Shown here: one piece after another, positions 19,249 to 29,039 of the stretch
Numbering within the stretch: the stretch's first letter is position 1
Layout: each line of letters starts with the position of its first letter
Assembly (NCBI GenBank): GCA_041653535.1
Contig: JBAZFH010000001.1
Span: 214,175 to 278,174, forward strand
Direction: 5' to 3'
Source: Patescibacteria group bacterium
GTDB taxonomy: Bacteria; Patescibacteriota; Patescibacteriia; JACRDY01
Length of the DNA: 64,000 bases
Program-made: the position numbers and the translations under genes
The notes under the pieces: generated by a model
Database searches by the model: none
Seen by the model: only the letters and a program-made list of their open reading frames with translations
Told to the model about the DNA's origin: nothing

Positions 19249-19358
19249 TATCAAAAAAATCTCTATAAATTTAGAGGTTTTTTTGATGTAGGTAAAATTG
19301 CATTTGGAAAAATTATGAGGTATATTAAAGAAGAAGATTTAGAAAATAAATAAAATTT

Positions 19359-19490
19359 ATGTTAGGCGAACCAAAAATTGAATCAAGTAATGAAATCAGT
19401 CCAGAAGAGCTGGGTGCTAAAGGATATTTTATCAAAGCACATTATTCTTTGGAAGAAATTGCGAAAGAGGTGCGAAAGGCATTAAAATAG
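19359..19490 (+). pseudogene. 43-aa ORF ending in a response-regulator receiver C-terminus (probable deletion remnant)
   Basis: Manual translation MLGEPKIESSNEISPEELGAKGYFIKAHYSLEEIAKEVRKALK; below the ORF-track cutoff. Confidence 0.5.
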
Positions 19491-19562
19491 TGTATGACAG
19501 TTTTTTTGTTTCCCCGCTTTAGATGAGGTATAATTTCTTTTAGTTAATAAATAAAAAACAAT

Positions 19563-19733
19563 ATGAATAAAAATGCCGGTGGTGGCGCTGCCTACGGACT
19601 CGGTCTGATTGGTGCGGCGATATACTACATCTCAACAGCAACCAGTTTTTGGCTAGGAGTTTTGGGTTTTCTCAAAGCTTTGGTTTGGCCAGCTTTTTTG
19701 GTTTATGGACTGCTGAAGTTTTTGGCAATGTAG
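19563..19733 (+). CDS. Small (56 aa) membrane protein
   Basis: Manual translation MNKNAGGGAAYGLGLIGAAIYYISTATSFWLGVLGFLKALVWPAFLVYGLLKFLAM; terminator-like hairpin downstream. Confidence 0.8.
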   Translation: MNKNAGGGAAYGLGLIGAAIYYISTATSFWLGVLGFLKALVWPAFLVYGLLKFLAM

Positions 19734-19925
19734 ATTAAGATTTTTAAATTAATTTGCTTGAAAGCCCTCGCTTTACGGCGAGGTTTTTAATACAAGGAGA
19801 TCGGGTGAGTAAGTAGTGTTTTGAGGGTAGCAGTTATTGTTGACAAGTATTTATAATTATGTTAGTGTAAAATATGATTTAAATACAAAGAACTTTTGGC
19901 TATCAGCAACTTACTGGAGGTAGAA

Positions 19926-20267
19926 ATGAAAGGTATTATTGATTTTTTCATGTTTTGGTTCAGACTTTTGACCGCCGTCGTGTCGTTACCGTACACCGTC
20001 CCTCGGTGGATTTACCGGCACACCCGGTCTTTCGAAGGAACCGTGACCAATGTCTGGTCTAGCGTCGATAGCGGCAATTACTACTACATCGGCTGGGAAA
20101 TCGATGTGAAAAACAAGGACGGTAGGATCCGACGCGAGTATTCGCTTTTTGGCTTCGGCATCGACTTGAATGGTCAGTCGATGATCGAAGTCGGAGACAC
20201 GGTTCGCCGGAGACCGTGGGGGTCTCTCGAAGTTTTTGACGCCTGTCGCTGGGCGACGGTGTACTGA
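19926..20267 (+). CDS. Hypothetical protein (N-terminal TM, OB-like beta domain)
   Basis: GGAGG SD before ATG 19926; terminator at ~20290-20316. Confidence 0.7.
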   Translation: MKGIIDFFMFWFRLLTAVVSLPYTVPRWIYRHTRSFEGTVTNVWSSVDSGNYYYIGWEIDVKNKDGRIRREYSLFGFGIDLNGQSMIEVGDTVRRRPWGSLEVFDACRWATVY

Positions 20268-20400
20268 TCTTCGCCCCACATCAGATCATAAACCCTTGCT
20301 TTACGGCGGGGGTTTTGTCTATCCAGACAAATCGTCAATCGTACGGTTTTTTGCTATAATTAAACCAGCGATATATTTATATAATTAATTCAAAAAAACT

Positions 20401-21543
20401 ATGAAAAAAACCTTGATTGTAGCTGGTTTGCTCTTGTTTGTTTTTGCTTTGCCGGCATCCGCCGCTACTTTTGGTAGTGGCGAAATGTACAGTCTAAACA
20501 GCGGTAAACCGCTTGTCGGCAATTTTTACGGTGTCGGTGCTTCGCTTAACATCAATGATGAAATCCAGGGAGATGCCTATCTAGCCGGCGCCAATCTAAC
20601 TGTCAGCAGTTTAGTGCAAGACGACCTCAATGTTGCCGGAGCTAATGTTTTACTCAACGGTCAGGTTAACGGCGATCTGCGCGCGGTTGGTAGTAACGTC
20701 TATATTAACAAAAATATTGGCGGAGAAGTAATGACTGCGGGTGGCTATGTGGTTTTGGCAGACGGAGCGGAAATAGCTGGCAATTTTTATAGTGCCGCAG
20801 GAAAAATGGTTTTACTTGGTGATATAAAAGGCGATGCGGAGCTTGGCGCTGGAGAAATAGAGATTCACGGTACTATTGACGGTAACCTAAAGGTAATAGC
20901 CGATAGTTTAATTTTGGCATCAACTGCCGTGGTTAATGGTAATCTGGATTGCACTGGTCCGAACGAACCGCAAATTACCGCTGGCGCCGCAGTTAAAGGC
21001 GAGACCAATTATATTAAAAAAGATCTTGGTAACGGACATAAGAAAGTAGACGGTAAGGCTGCGCTATCTGCGTTATTTGGCGTAGTCTGGTTTTTGAAAC
21101 TTATTGGTACGCTGATTTTGGGTCTGCTACTTTACTTCGTCTTCAAAAAGAAAATAAAGGAAGTAGCTCAATACAGCAGTCAAAAGTTTGGCTTGGATCT
21201 CCTCAGGGGTTTGGTAGTTATGATTGTTTTGCCAATCGTGGCGGTTATTTTGATGATTACCATAGTTGGTTTGCCGCTAGGTATTTTGGCAATGCTTTTG
21301 TATGCCATACTTTGTATTTTGGCGGCGCCGGTGGCTGGTATGATTTTAGGGGCTTTGATTTTCCGTTTGTTTACCAAAAATTACCGAGTTGATCACTGGT
21401 CGGTGGTAATAGGTATAATTTTGTTGTCAGTTTTGATGTTGGTTCCGATAGTGGGCTGGGTTATTTGTGCGGTTTTTTTCCTGGTTGGAATGGGAACGAT
21501 CTCTCTTCACCTCTACCGTCACGGCCATAAACTCGTTGATTAG
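20401..21543 (+). CDS. Bactofilin-like beta-helix membrane protein (polymer-forming cytoskeletal family)
   Basis: Signal peptide, repeated (I/V)xGD(L/A)xxxG motifs, C-terminal multi-TM domain. Confidence 0.8.
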   Translation: MKKTLIVAGLLLFVFALPASAATFGSGEMYSLNSGKPLVGNFYGVGASLNINDEIQGDAYLAGANLTVSSLVQDDLNVAGANVLLNGQVNGDLRAVGSNVYINKNIGGEVMTAGGYVVLADGAEIAGNFYSAAGKMVLLGDIKGDAELGAGEIEIHGTIDGNLKVIADSLILASTAVVNGNLDCTGPNEPQITAGAAVKGETNYIKKDLGNGHKKVDGKAALSALFGVVWFLKLIGTLILGLLLYFVFKKKIKEVAQYSSQKFGLDLLRGLVVMIVLPIVAVILMITIVGLPLGILAMLLYAILCILAAPVAGMILGALIFRLFTKNYRVDHWSVVIGIILLSVLMLVPIVGWVICAVFFLVGMGTISLHLYRHGHKLVD

Positions 21544-21616
21544 AATCTTTAGTTGGATCAGTAAACAAAAAACCGTTCGTCTAGGCGAGCGGTTTTTTAT
21601 ATTCAATTGGTTAGTT

Positions 21617-22285
21617 TTATTTTTTTATTCCTATTACCATAGTGAAAGGGAAAGGATGTCTTGTTTTTAAAATAGTAATATTTTCTTTTTCAACAAATTT
21701 TTTAAATTTTGCCTCAGTCCACCAGTTGATATGACCAGGGGTGTTGCCTAGACGTTTTAGGTGTTTACCCTGCAAAATGTTTCTCAGGCTAAAAAATGGT
21801 TCGTGCGGTACCGAAAGGATGATATATTTTTTTGCCATACGGACGATTTCCTGTAACGCCTGACTGGGATTTTCTAGGTGCTCCAGCACTTCTGTACAAA
21901 CAACTAAATCAAATGATTTATCGGGAAAGGGGAGTTGATAGATATTGCCCAAGCGTAAGTCTAATTGGGGAAACAGTTCTTTCCCCAGGTTGACGGCAAC
22001 CAGCGAGCTATCTATTCCAACAAGCTCTTTGTTTATACTTGATTTTTGTATCCGATCAAGGGTGAAACCCTCGCCACAGCCGATGTCGATTATGTTCTCT
22101 ATTTGAAGATTATTTATTTCTTTAAGTAGCGTCTGATAAAAATTTTCTATTTCTTTTTTTCTTTGTCCTTGTGGCTGAGAATGTTTAGTATAATTAAAAG
22201 TTACCTCTATCGTTTTACCGATTTCGGGAACAAAGCGGATGCCTGCCGATGGTTCCGGTGTACTTTTCGTAGTGTTCGGTGTCAT
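21617..22285 (-). CDS. Class I SAM-dependent methyltransferase
   Basis: IDIGCGEG, LPFPDKSFDLVVCTEVLEHL. Confidence 0.9.
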   Translation of the reverse strand: MTPNTTKSTPEPSAGIRFVPEIGKTIEVTFNYTKHSQPQGQRKKEIENFYQTLLKEINNLQIENIIDIGCGEGFTLDRIQKSSINKELVGIDSSLVAVNLGKELFPQLDLRLGNIYQLPFPDKSFDLVVCTEVLEHLENPSQALQEIVRMAKKYIILSVPHEPFFSLRNILQGKHLKRLGNTPGHINWWTEAKFKKFVEKENITILKTRHPFPFTMVIGIKK

Positions 22286-22394
22286 TTTAAAAATAGTTTA
22301 TCCGCTCATTACCCGGTGTATAAGAGACTTGATAAAAAGTCAGATATACCATAGCATATTATAAAGTTGTAGATAAGTCGAATATAATGATATT

Positions 22395-23627
22395 ATGAAA
22401 AAATATTTTGTCAGAGAGGAGTCTTTTGGCTATACGTTTTTTGATAAACGCAAGCTGAGACACGAATTTTTGGCTAAAACCGAATTGAAGAAGGTTTTGA
22501 GGAATAGAGGTGTTTCTGCAAAAGAGGTGGAACTAATCAAGGCCCGGCGGAAGGAGTATCGCAAGGATATTATTTATTCGCCGATTCGGATATACTATGA
22601 ATTGACGCTAGGTTGTAATTTGCGTTGCCGGTATTGTTTCAATAGTTCTGGTATTCCGAGAAAAAACGAGCTCACTACAAAAGAGGTGATGCAGAGCTTA
22701 GATCATCTACGTCAAAGCAACGTTTTGGATTTACGCTTTACCGGCGGGGAAATAACCTGTCGTTCTGATTGGTTTGATATTTTACAATATGCAAAAAATT
22801 TGGGGTTTGCTATATCGTGCAATATAAATGCGGCGTATCATGATGATACCGTTAGTGAAAAATTTGCTCAACTGGATCTAGACCAGGTTACGGTTAGTAT
22901 AGATGGTATCAAAGAGCATCATGACTTAAACCGTGGCGTCGGATCATTTGATAGAACCATAAAGAATCTAGCAGGGCTCCATCGGGGCGGAGTTAGATTG
23001 AGGATTAACACTTTGGTTAATAAATATTCTATGCACGACATAGAGTATATGTTGGATCTTGCTGCTAAATATACTGACGAGATCAACTTTTTTACCATCG
23101 TATTCATTGGCCGTGGCGCTGAATTGGAGACAGTTGAAGGTGTTACGGTAGAAGATCATTTTAAAATGTCGGTTGCTTTACATAAATTAAAACCAAAATA
23201 TCCTCAGTTGAGAGTGTTACATTTCGCTGAAGTGTCGCGCAAAACATCTGTTGATAAATCTTTGGGCGAGAAATTCGGCTTGCGCGTTGGTCCGCCTTCA
23301 GGCACCACCACTTTTAATCTATTAAGTGATGGTAGCTATTGCTGTGGTGGTTACGCTCCATATATCGATCCGTCGCTCATATTAGGCAATGTCAGAACCG
23401 ATGATCTTGTTGATGTGTGGCAAAAAAGCCAGAAGCTGGAGCAGATTAGAGATGACGGGAGACTGCTGATTTTGTTTTGTGATCGTTGCGATGAGTTTAC
23501 TAATGGACGATGTCAGGGGTCAAAATATGAAACGGAATTAAATCGTTTCGTCCAACCAGGCATAAAAAATCCGACCTGTATCTATAGTGATAGTCCTTCA
23601 TTATTAAATATAACAAAAAAATTATGA
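22395..23627 (+). CDS. Radical SAM protein with C-terminal Cys-containing (SPASM/twitch-like) domain
   Basis: CNLRCRYC, FTGGE, VSIDG, C-terminal CCGG..LGNV..CDRC..C..C. Confidence 0.9.
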   Translation: MKKYFVREESFGYTFFDKRKLRHEFLAKTELKKVLRNRGVSAKEVELIKARRKEYRKDIIYSPIRIYYELTLGCNLRCRYCFNSSGIPRKNELTTKEVMQSLDHLRQSNVLDLRFTGGEITCRSDWFDILQYAKNLGFAISCNINAAYHDDTVSEKFAQLDLDQVTVSIDGIKEHHDLNRGVGSFDRTIKNLAGLHRGGVRLRINTLVNKYSMHDIEYMLDLAAKYTDEINFFTIVFIGRGAELETVEGVTVEDHFKMSVALHKLKPKYPQLRVLHFAEVSRKTSVDKSLGEKFGLRVGPPSGTTTFNLLSDGSYCCGGYAPYIDPSLILGNVRTDDLVDVWQKSQKLEQIRDDGRLLILFCDRCDEFTNGRCQGSKYETELNRFVQPGIKNPTCIYSDSPSLLNITKKL

Positions 23628-24109
23628 CTGATATTAACAGTCTGCCTTATCGCGACAATGTCGCCGCTATCGTTTTTCGTCAAGGCAAGTTTTTATTATT
23701 GCAACGGATAGATTGGTTAGATACTTGCTGGAAGTTTCCTCAGGGAGGCGTTGACAGCGGTGAGACCGATGAAGACGCAGTCTTGAGGGAATGTGCGGAA
23801 GAGCTGGGTACGAACAATTTTGTTATTCGAGCCAAAAGTCAATATATGAATCAATACGATTGGAGTAACGATTCTGTTGAAAAGGCTGGATATAGGTGGC
23901 GCGGTCAGACACAAAAATTTTTTTTAGTTGAATTTTTGGGTAAAGATGAAGATTTCAAGTTAGCCGACGAGATCAAAAAATATCAGTGGGTGAGTCACAA
24001 TCAGTTGAAAAACTATATTGATCACGAGACGAAAGATTTTACCAACTATTTTGATACTGTGGAAAAAGTTTTGACAGAATTGTCAGGTTATCTTAATCCT
24101 AATATCTAA
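23624..24109 (+). CDS. NUDIX hydrolase (RppH-like)
   Basis: YRDNVA, WKFPQGGVDSGETDEDAVLRECAEELG, WRGQTQKFF. Confidence 0.88.
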   Translation: MTDINSLPYRDNVAAIVFRQGKFLLLQRIDWLDTCWKFPQGGVDSGETDEDAVLRECAEELGTNNFVIRAKSQYMNQYDWSNDSVEKAGYRWRGQTQKFFLVEFLGKDEDFKLADEIKKYQWVSHNQLKNYIDHETKDFTNYFDTVEKVLTELSGYLNPNI

Positions 24110-24818
24110 AACGTTTATCGCGAAAATATTTTATACTCTCGGGATTGCCTAGATCGTATTTGGCGTACACCGGCAAGGGTATTGCCGTCATTCCATTGTT
24201 GATTAGATAGTTGAAAGCTGGGCCAATATAATATTCGCCATTTAATTTTTTTCCGTGAGCTATTTGGTGTTCTAGAGCGGCTACGAGCTTTTTACCAGTA
24301 GGAGACAAGTAGACTCCGGCGCTGGCATAATAGGAGATGGCTTTTTTTTCGACAAAGGAGGTGATTATGCCATTTTTTATTCTTACAAAACCAGATTTTT
24401 TTTCCATGTTAAAATAGACGCCCAAATAGGCGGTATTTTTTTTAAAATTTTGTGGTAAGGCAAAGTCGATATACTGATCAGGGTTTACGACGATCACCGG
24501 TTCGGCATTGTTGATCTTTTTTTTAGCTTTCAAAATCGTGGCGGATGCGCCGGGAGCTTCGTCACAGGTGATTATTGTGGCTGGGTTTGGTATCCGATGT
24601 TTTTGTAGTAGTTTTTCTGTTTCTTTCTGAAAATGATATTTTTCTGCGAAATAATGAGTGGTGATCAGGATTATTTTGTCGGTTGGCTTAAAGAGGTGTT
24701 TTACTGAAGAAAGACACCAGCCAAGAATAGGTTGGCCGTTAATTTTGATGAACGGTTTAAACTCTCCCATCTCTTTGGTTCTGGTTCCTTTGCCGGCCAG
24801 AGGAAGTATCCAAATCAT
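24099..24818 (-). CDS. Sugar-phosphate nucleotidyltransferase family protein
   Basis: LPLAGKGTR..KPFIKING, EKKAISYYASAGVY, NGEYYI, DLGNPE. Confidence 0.88.
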   Translation of the reverse strand: MIWILPLAGKGTRTKEMGEFKPFIKINGQPILGWCLSSVKHLFKPTDKIILITTHYFAEKYHFQKETEKLLQKHRIPNPATIITCDEAPGASATILKAKKKINNAEPVIVVNPDQYIDFALPQNFKKNTAYLGVYFNMEKKSGFVRIKNGIITSFVEKKAISYYASAGVYLSPTGKKLVAALEHQIAHGKKLNGEYYIGPAFNYLINNGMTAIPLPVYAKYDLGNPESIKYFRDKRFRY

Positions 24819-24819
24819 A

Positions 24820-25149
24820 ATGGCGGTGTATGGCAGTTATGCCGACCAGGATTTTTTTCTTGGTCTGAAGGATTTCCTTCTTTCGGGTGAAGTCTACGCT
24901 TACGTGGTAATAGGTAAAGACGCCATCAATGTCCTTAATGCTATTGTGGGTAACACTGATCCGGAAAAAGCCGCGGTTAGCACAATCCGAAGACGATTTG
25001 GCGAGTCCATCAGGAGAAACATCACACATTCCACCAAGGATGAAGTGACTTTCTTCAACGAGCTACGGGCCCTATTCACTCAAGAAGAGATCGCTAAGAT
25101 TGAGAGTCGGTTGTTAGCCGGTACAACGCTGGTGGCACAAGCCGTCTAA
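24820..25149 (+). pseudogene. ndk: N-terminally truncated nucleoside diphosphate kinase
   Basis: FF..L.DFLLSGEV...GKDAI...GNTDPEKA...TIRRRFG..IRRNITHS matches the NDK C-terminal two thirds; KPD N-terminal motif absent. Confidence 0.75.
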
Positions 25150-25282
25150 AATCTATTTGGGGTTGGATATTTCCGACCCCTTTTTATTTTTTCCACCCTT
25201 GATTTTTTGCAACAGACATGATAATTTTAAATGTCAGTTCTTTGATTTGAATAAAATAATACAAAACCAAAGGAGGTTGGTT

Positions 25283-25813
25283 ATGCTCGGTTTTGGTTTG
25301 AGCCCATTTGTCAAAGACGGAAACGGCAATGTCGTCGGGCTGTCTTCCACCGGCATCTTGATGCCGACTCAGGAAAATCCTTATCGAATGTTGTTCGGTG
25401 GAGTGGTGCTGACTTCTTTTGACGAGTTGAGCGGGTTACTTGCCGGCTTATTTTTCAGAGGTCACGCTTTGCATGTTTCTGAGTTGGTTGGTTTTCACAA
25501 CCCGGTTTTTACCGGTCACAGTGTTTACTCTGTTTTTCAGGTGATTGACGTGAAACTGGGATTTGCCCTGATCTACGGTCGAGTTTATTCCCAGCCGCTC
25601 GGTGTAAAGCCAGTCGACGCAACCGCCATGGATAAAGTCAGTTATGACGGATATGCTGTTTGTGCTATGGTTGATTCGGAAACCAAGAAAATTATTCGTG
25701 AATCGATGCCAATACTGGCTTTACCGGATGGTTGGATTTCGTCAGAAATTTTGGAGATTGGTCAAGAATATTTCGCTTTACAGCGACGGCTAGCTAAGGC
25801 GAAGAGACTTTAG
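25283..25813 (+). CDS. Hotdog-fold / acyl-CoA thioesterase-like protein
   Basis: AGGAGG SD before ATG 25283; MPTQENPYRMLFGGVVLTSFDE resembles the hotdog N..G..FGG...D motif. Confidence 0.6.
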   Translation: MLGFGLSPFVKDGNGNVVGLSSTGILMPTQENPYRMLFGGVVLTSFDELSGLLAGLFFRGHALHVSELVGFHNPVFTGHSVYSVFQVIDVKLGFALIYGRVYSQPLGVKPVDATAMDKVSYDGYAVCAMVDSETKKIIRESMPILALPDGWISSEILEIGQEYFALQRRLAKAKRL

Positions 25814-25963
25814 CTAGTCCAAGTCATCCGAAGGTCGTCTGCCAAAAGACGACCTTTTTTTGATGTTTTTTGATTAAAAAGGCGATAACAGAATTTATTG
25901 ATTTTGGCTAGTTGACATTTCTGGCAGAGGTAGTAATTTAGTAACATGAGTAACTAAATTTTT

Positions 25964-27502
25964 ATGCACGAGTTGGAAATCGATGGTCATAGTTTGACGA
26001 TTAAAGATGTTTACGAAGTAGCCGTAAACAACAATTTTAAGGTTCGAGTAGCGGATAGCGCAAGAGAAAAAATATTTAAAGCGCGTCAGTTGGTAGAAAA
26101 AGCGGTGGATGAGAAAAGGCTGATTTATGGTTTAACTACCGGATTTGGCGAGTTTAAGAAAGTTGCAATCGATAAGGACCAGACTGTGCAGTTGCAAAAA
26201 AATTTAATCACCAGTCATTCCATTGGCGTCGGTGAACCTTTTTCGCAGGCAGTCGTTAGGGCTGCTGTTTTAATTCGGGCAAATTCTTTAGCGCATGGCA
26301 ATTCGGGGGTGCGCCTGGAAACAATCGAAGCGTTGTTAGATATTATTAATTATAATATTTATCCTTTTGTTCCGAGTCAGGGGTCGGTCGGTTCTAGCGG
26401 CGATTTGGCGCCTTTGTCGCATTTGGTTTTATGCCGAATGGGATTGGGCGAGGTTTTGGTTGACGGACAAAGGAAAGAAAGCGGTGAATTTCTGTCCGGT
26501 TTCGGTTTGGAGCCGTTGATATTGACCTCCAAGGAAGGTCTGGCGCTTAATAACGGTACGGCCTTTATGACTGCAGTGGCGGTTTTAAATATTGTTAAGG
26601 CGCAAAATTTGATTAAACTTGCCGATATTGTTACCGGTATGTCGGTCGAAGTTTTAATGGGTACGGCCGCTGCTTGTGATCACAAAATTCATGATTTGCG
26701 TCCGCATCAAGGACAGATCGATAGCGCTGATAATATTCGTAGAGTTTGTGCCAATAGCGAGATTATGGAGTCGCATAAACATTGCGATCGGGTGCAGGAC
26801 GCTTACGCCTTGCGCTGTTCGCCGCAGGTCCATGGCGCGGTCAAAGATGTTTGGCGCTATGCTTATTCGGTAGTTTTAACCGAAATAAACTCGGTTACTG
26901 ATAATCCGTTGATTTTTCCGGATCAGGACGAGGTAATTTCCGGGGGTAATTTTCATGGCGAGCCGATAGCGATTGCCATGGATTGCCTGGCAATCGGCAT
27001 GAGCGAACTGGCTAATATTTCTGACAGGAGAATTTTTAGATTATTAACTGGTTTTTTGAATGAAGGTTTGCCGGCTTTTTTAATTCCCAAAGATAAGGGC
27101 GGGTTGCACAACGGTTTCATGATCGCGCAATACACCAGCGCTTCGTTGGTTTCCGAAAATAAAGTTTATTCTCATCCGGCTTCCGTTGATTCCATTCCAA
27201 CTTCGGCTGACCAAGAGGATCATGTTAGTATGGGTACTATCGCGGCGCGAAAATTGATAAAAATTATTGATAATGTCGAGCAGGTTTTAGCCATAGAACT
27301 GATGTGCGCCACTCAAGCAATAGATTTTCGTCAGCCGCTTAAAGCCGGCAGCGGCAGTTTTTTGGCTCATCAGGTGGTGCGCGGTGTAGTTGATTTTTTA
27401 GCGGAAGATCGTCCGCTTTATCGTGATTTGGAAAAGATAGTCAAAATTTTGCCTCGGGTAATAAATATCGTTGAGGAAGAAATCGGCAAAATAAAGGTTT
27501 GA
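25964..27502 (+). CDS. hutH: Histidine ammonia-lyase
   Basis: YGLTTGFG, SH specificity pair, GSVGSSGDLAPL (MIO), GGNFHG, QEDHVSMG. Confidence 0.93.
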   Translation: MHELEIDGHSLTIKDVYEVAVNNNFKVRVADSAREKIFKARQLVEKAVDEKRLIYGLTTGFGEFKKVAIDKDQTVQLQKNLITSHSIGVGEPFSQAVVRAAVLIRANSLAHGNSGVRLETIEALLDIINYNIYPFVPSQGSVGSSGDLAPLSHLVLCRMGLGEVLVDGQRKESGEFLSGFGLEPLILTSKEGLALNNGTAFMTAVAVLNIVKAQNLIKLADIVTGMSVEVLMGTAAACDHKIHDLRPHQGQIDSADNIRRVCANSEIMESHKHCDRVQDAYALRCSPQVHGAVKDVWRYAYSVVLTEINSVTDNPLIFPDQDEVISGGNFHGEPIAIAMDCLAIGMSELANISDRRIFRLLTGFLNEGLPAFLIPKDKGGLHNGFMIAQYTSASLVSENKVYSHPASVDSIPTSADQEDHVSMGTIAARKLIKIIDNVEQVLAIELMCATQAIDFRQPLKAGSGSFLAHQVVRGVVDFLAEDRPLYRDLEKIVKILPRVINIVEEEIGKIKV

Positions 27503-27619
27503 TATTTTGATGGCAGTCAGCTGGTTGTTTCGCGCTGTTACTAAGGCGCGTATTTTTATTTGTAAAAATGGGTTAATATTTGCTATAATTCAGTCATTAA
27601 CTTAAGAGTAAAAATTTTT

Positions 27620-28963
27620 ATGAATTTGGCAGTAAGCGAAAAGTCAAGAGAAGAAACGATAAATACCAAGGTTTTGCCTGGTTTTATGGAGTTGTTGCCG
27701 TCCGAACAGATAATTTTTGACGAGATGATGAAAAAAATACGAGAGGTTTATGAACTCTATGGATTTATTTCCATTGACACGCCGGTGATCGAAAGGGCAG
27801 AAGTGTTGCTTGCTAAAGCCGGGGGAGAGACCGAGAAACAAATTTATAGTTTTACCAAGGGTGAAAACGATTTGGCTTTGAGATTCGATCTGACTGTTCC
27901 GCTCGCCAGATATGTGAGCGATCATGTCAACGAATTGACGTTTCCATTTCGCCGCTATCATATTGGTAAAGTATATCGCGGAGAAAGTCCGCAGAAAGGT
28001 CGGTTTCGTGAATTTTATCAGTGCGATATTGACGTGATTGGTAACGAAAATCTGAATCTTATAAATGATGCCGAAATTCCGCGGGTGATTTATGATGTTT
28101 TTCGTAAACTGGACTTTGGTCCGTTTGTAGTTCGTATCAGCAACAGGAAATTGATCAATGGTCTTATGGCTTTTTTGGGCGCCGAACGGTCAGCAGTGGA
28201 CGTTATGCGAATAATTGACAAGATTGAGAAAGTTGGAGAAGAAGAGGTTAAAAAATTATTGATTGAGATTGGTTTGACACAGCAAGCAATCGCCAGTGTT
28301 TTTGAATTTTTAGCAATCAAAGGTTCACCAACCGAGATAATCAGTAAGTTACGCGATCTTAATATAACTAACGATTTTTTTGCCATGGGAATCGCCGAAC
28401 TGGAAGAGGTTGTTCGATATTTGGAAATATTGGGTATGCCGAGAGATTTTTATAACATTGATTTATCTATTGCGCGCGGACTCGATTATTATACCGGTAC
28501 CGTTTATGAAACAGTGCTTGTTAGTCACCCGGAAATCGGATCTATTTGTTCCGGCGGAAGATATGAAAATTTAGCGGAAAAATACACCAATAAAAAACTT
28601 CCCGGCGTCGGAATATCAATCGGGCTGACTAGACTTTTTTCTCAACTGCAAAATTTAGGACTCTTAAATATTGGTCCTGCCACAAAAACTCGGGCATTAG
28701 TAGTTTCTTTTTTACCAGATATGTCGGCTTCTTTGGAGATTGCTTCCTTGCTTCGTTCCGCGGGTATTCCAACTGAAGTTTCTCTCGAAGATGCTAAAAT
28801 AAAAGCGCGTCTTAATTATGCGAATAAATTAGGGATACCGTATGTTATTTTTATTGGTGAAGATGAAATATCGGCAGGTAAGTTTATGTTAAAAGATATG
28901 ACGACTAGCTCTCAGTCTATGGTTACCAAAGAAAACCTTGTTGAAATATTAAAGAAATATTAG
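27620..28963 (+). CDS. hisS: Histidine--tRNA ligase, copy 1
   Basis: RFDLTVPLAR, YRGESPQKGRFREF, RGLDYYTG, GGRYE, C-terminal anticodon-binding domain. Confidence 0.95.
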   Translation: MNLAVSEKSREETINTKVLPGFMELLPSEQIIFDEMMKKIREVYELYGFISIDTPVIERAEVLLAKAGGETEKQIYSFTKGENDLALRFDLTVPLARYVSDHVNELTFPFRRYHIGKVYRGESPQKGRFREFYQCDIDVIGNENLNLINDAEIPRVIYDVFRKLDFGPFVVRISNRKLINGLMAFLGAERSAVDVMRIIDKIEKVGEEEVKKLLIEIGLTQQAIASVFEFLAIKGSPTEIISKLRDLNITNDFFAMGIAELEEVVRYLEILGMPRDFYNIDLSIARGLDYYTGTVYETVLVSHPEIGSICSGGRYENLAEKYTNKKLPGVGISIGLTRLFSQLQNLGLLNIGPATKTRALVVSFLPDMSASLEIASLLRSAGIPTEVSLEDAKIKARLNYANKLGIPYVIFIGEDEISAGKFMLKDMTTSSQSMVTKENLVEILKKY

Positions 28964-29039
28964 TAGGTAAAAAATTTTAGTTTTGATTTAAAAAAAACGG
29001 TCTGATTTTTGTTGTCAGACCGTTTTTGGTTTGTTTTTT

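Noticed and set aside
24658-24819. 5' part of the 163-aa ORF as a true NDK N-terminus
   Set aside because: It is the antisense of the nucleotidyltransferase start and has no NDK similarity.
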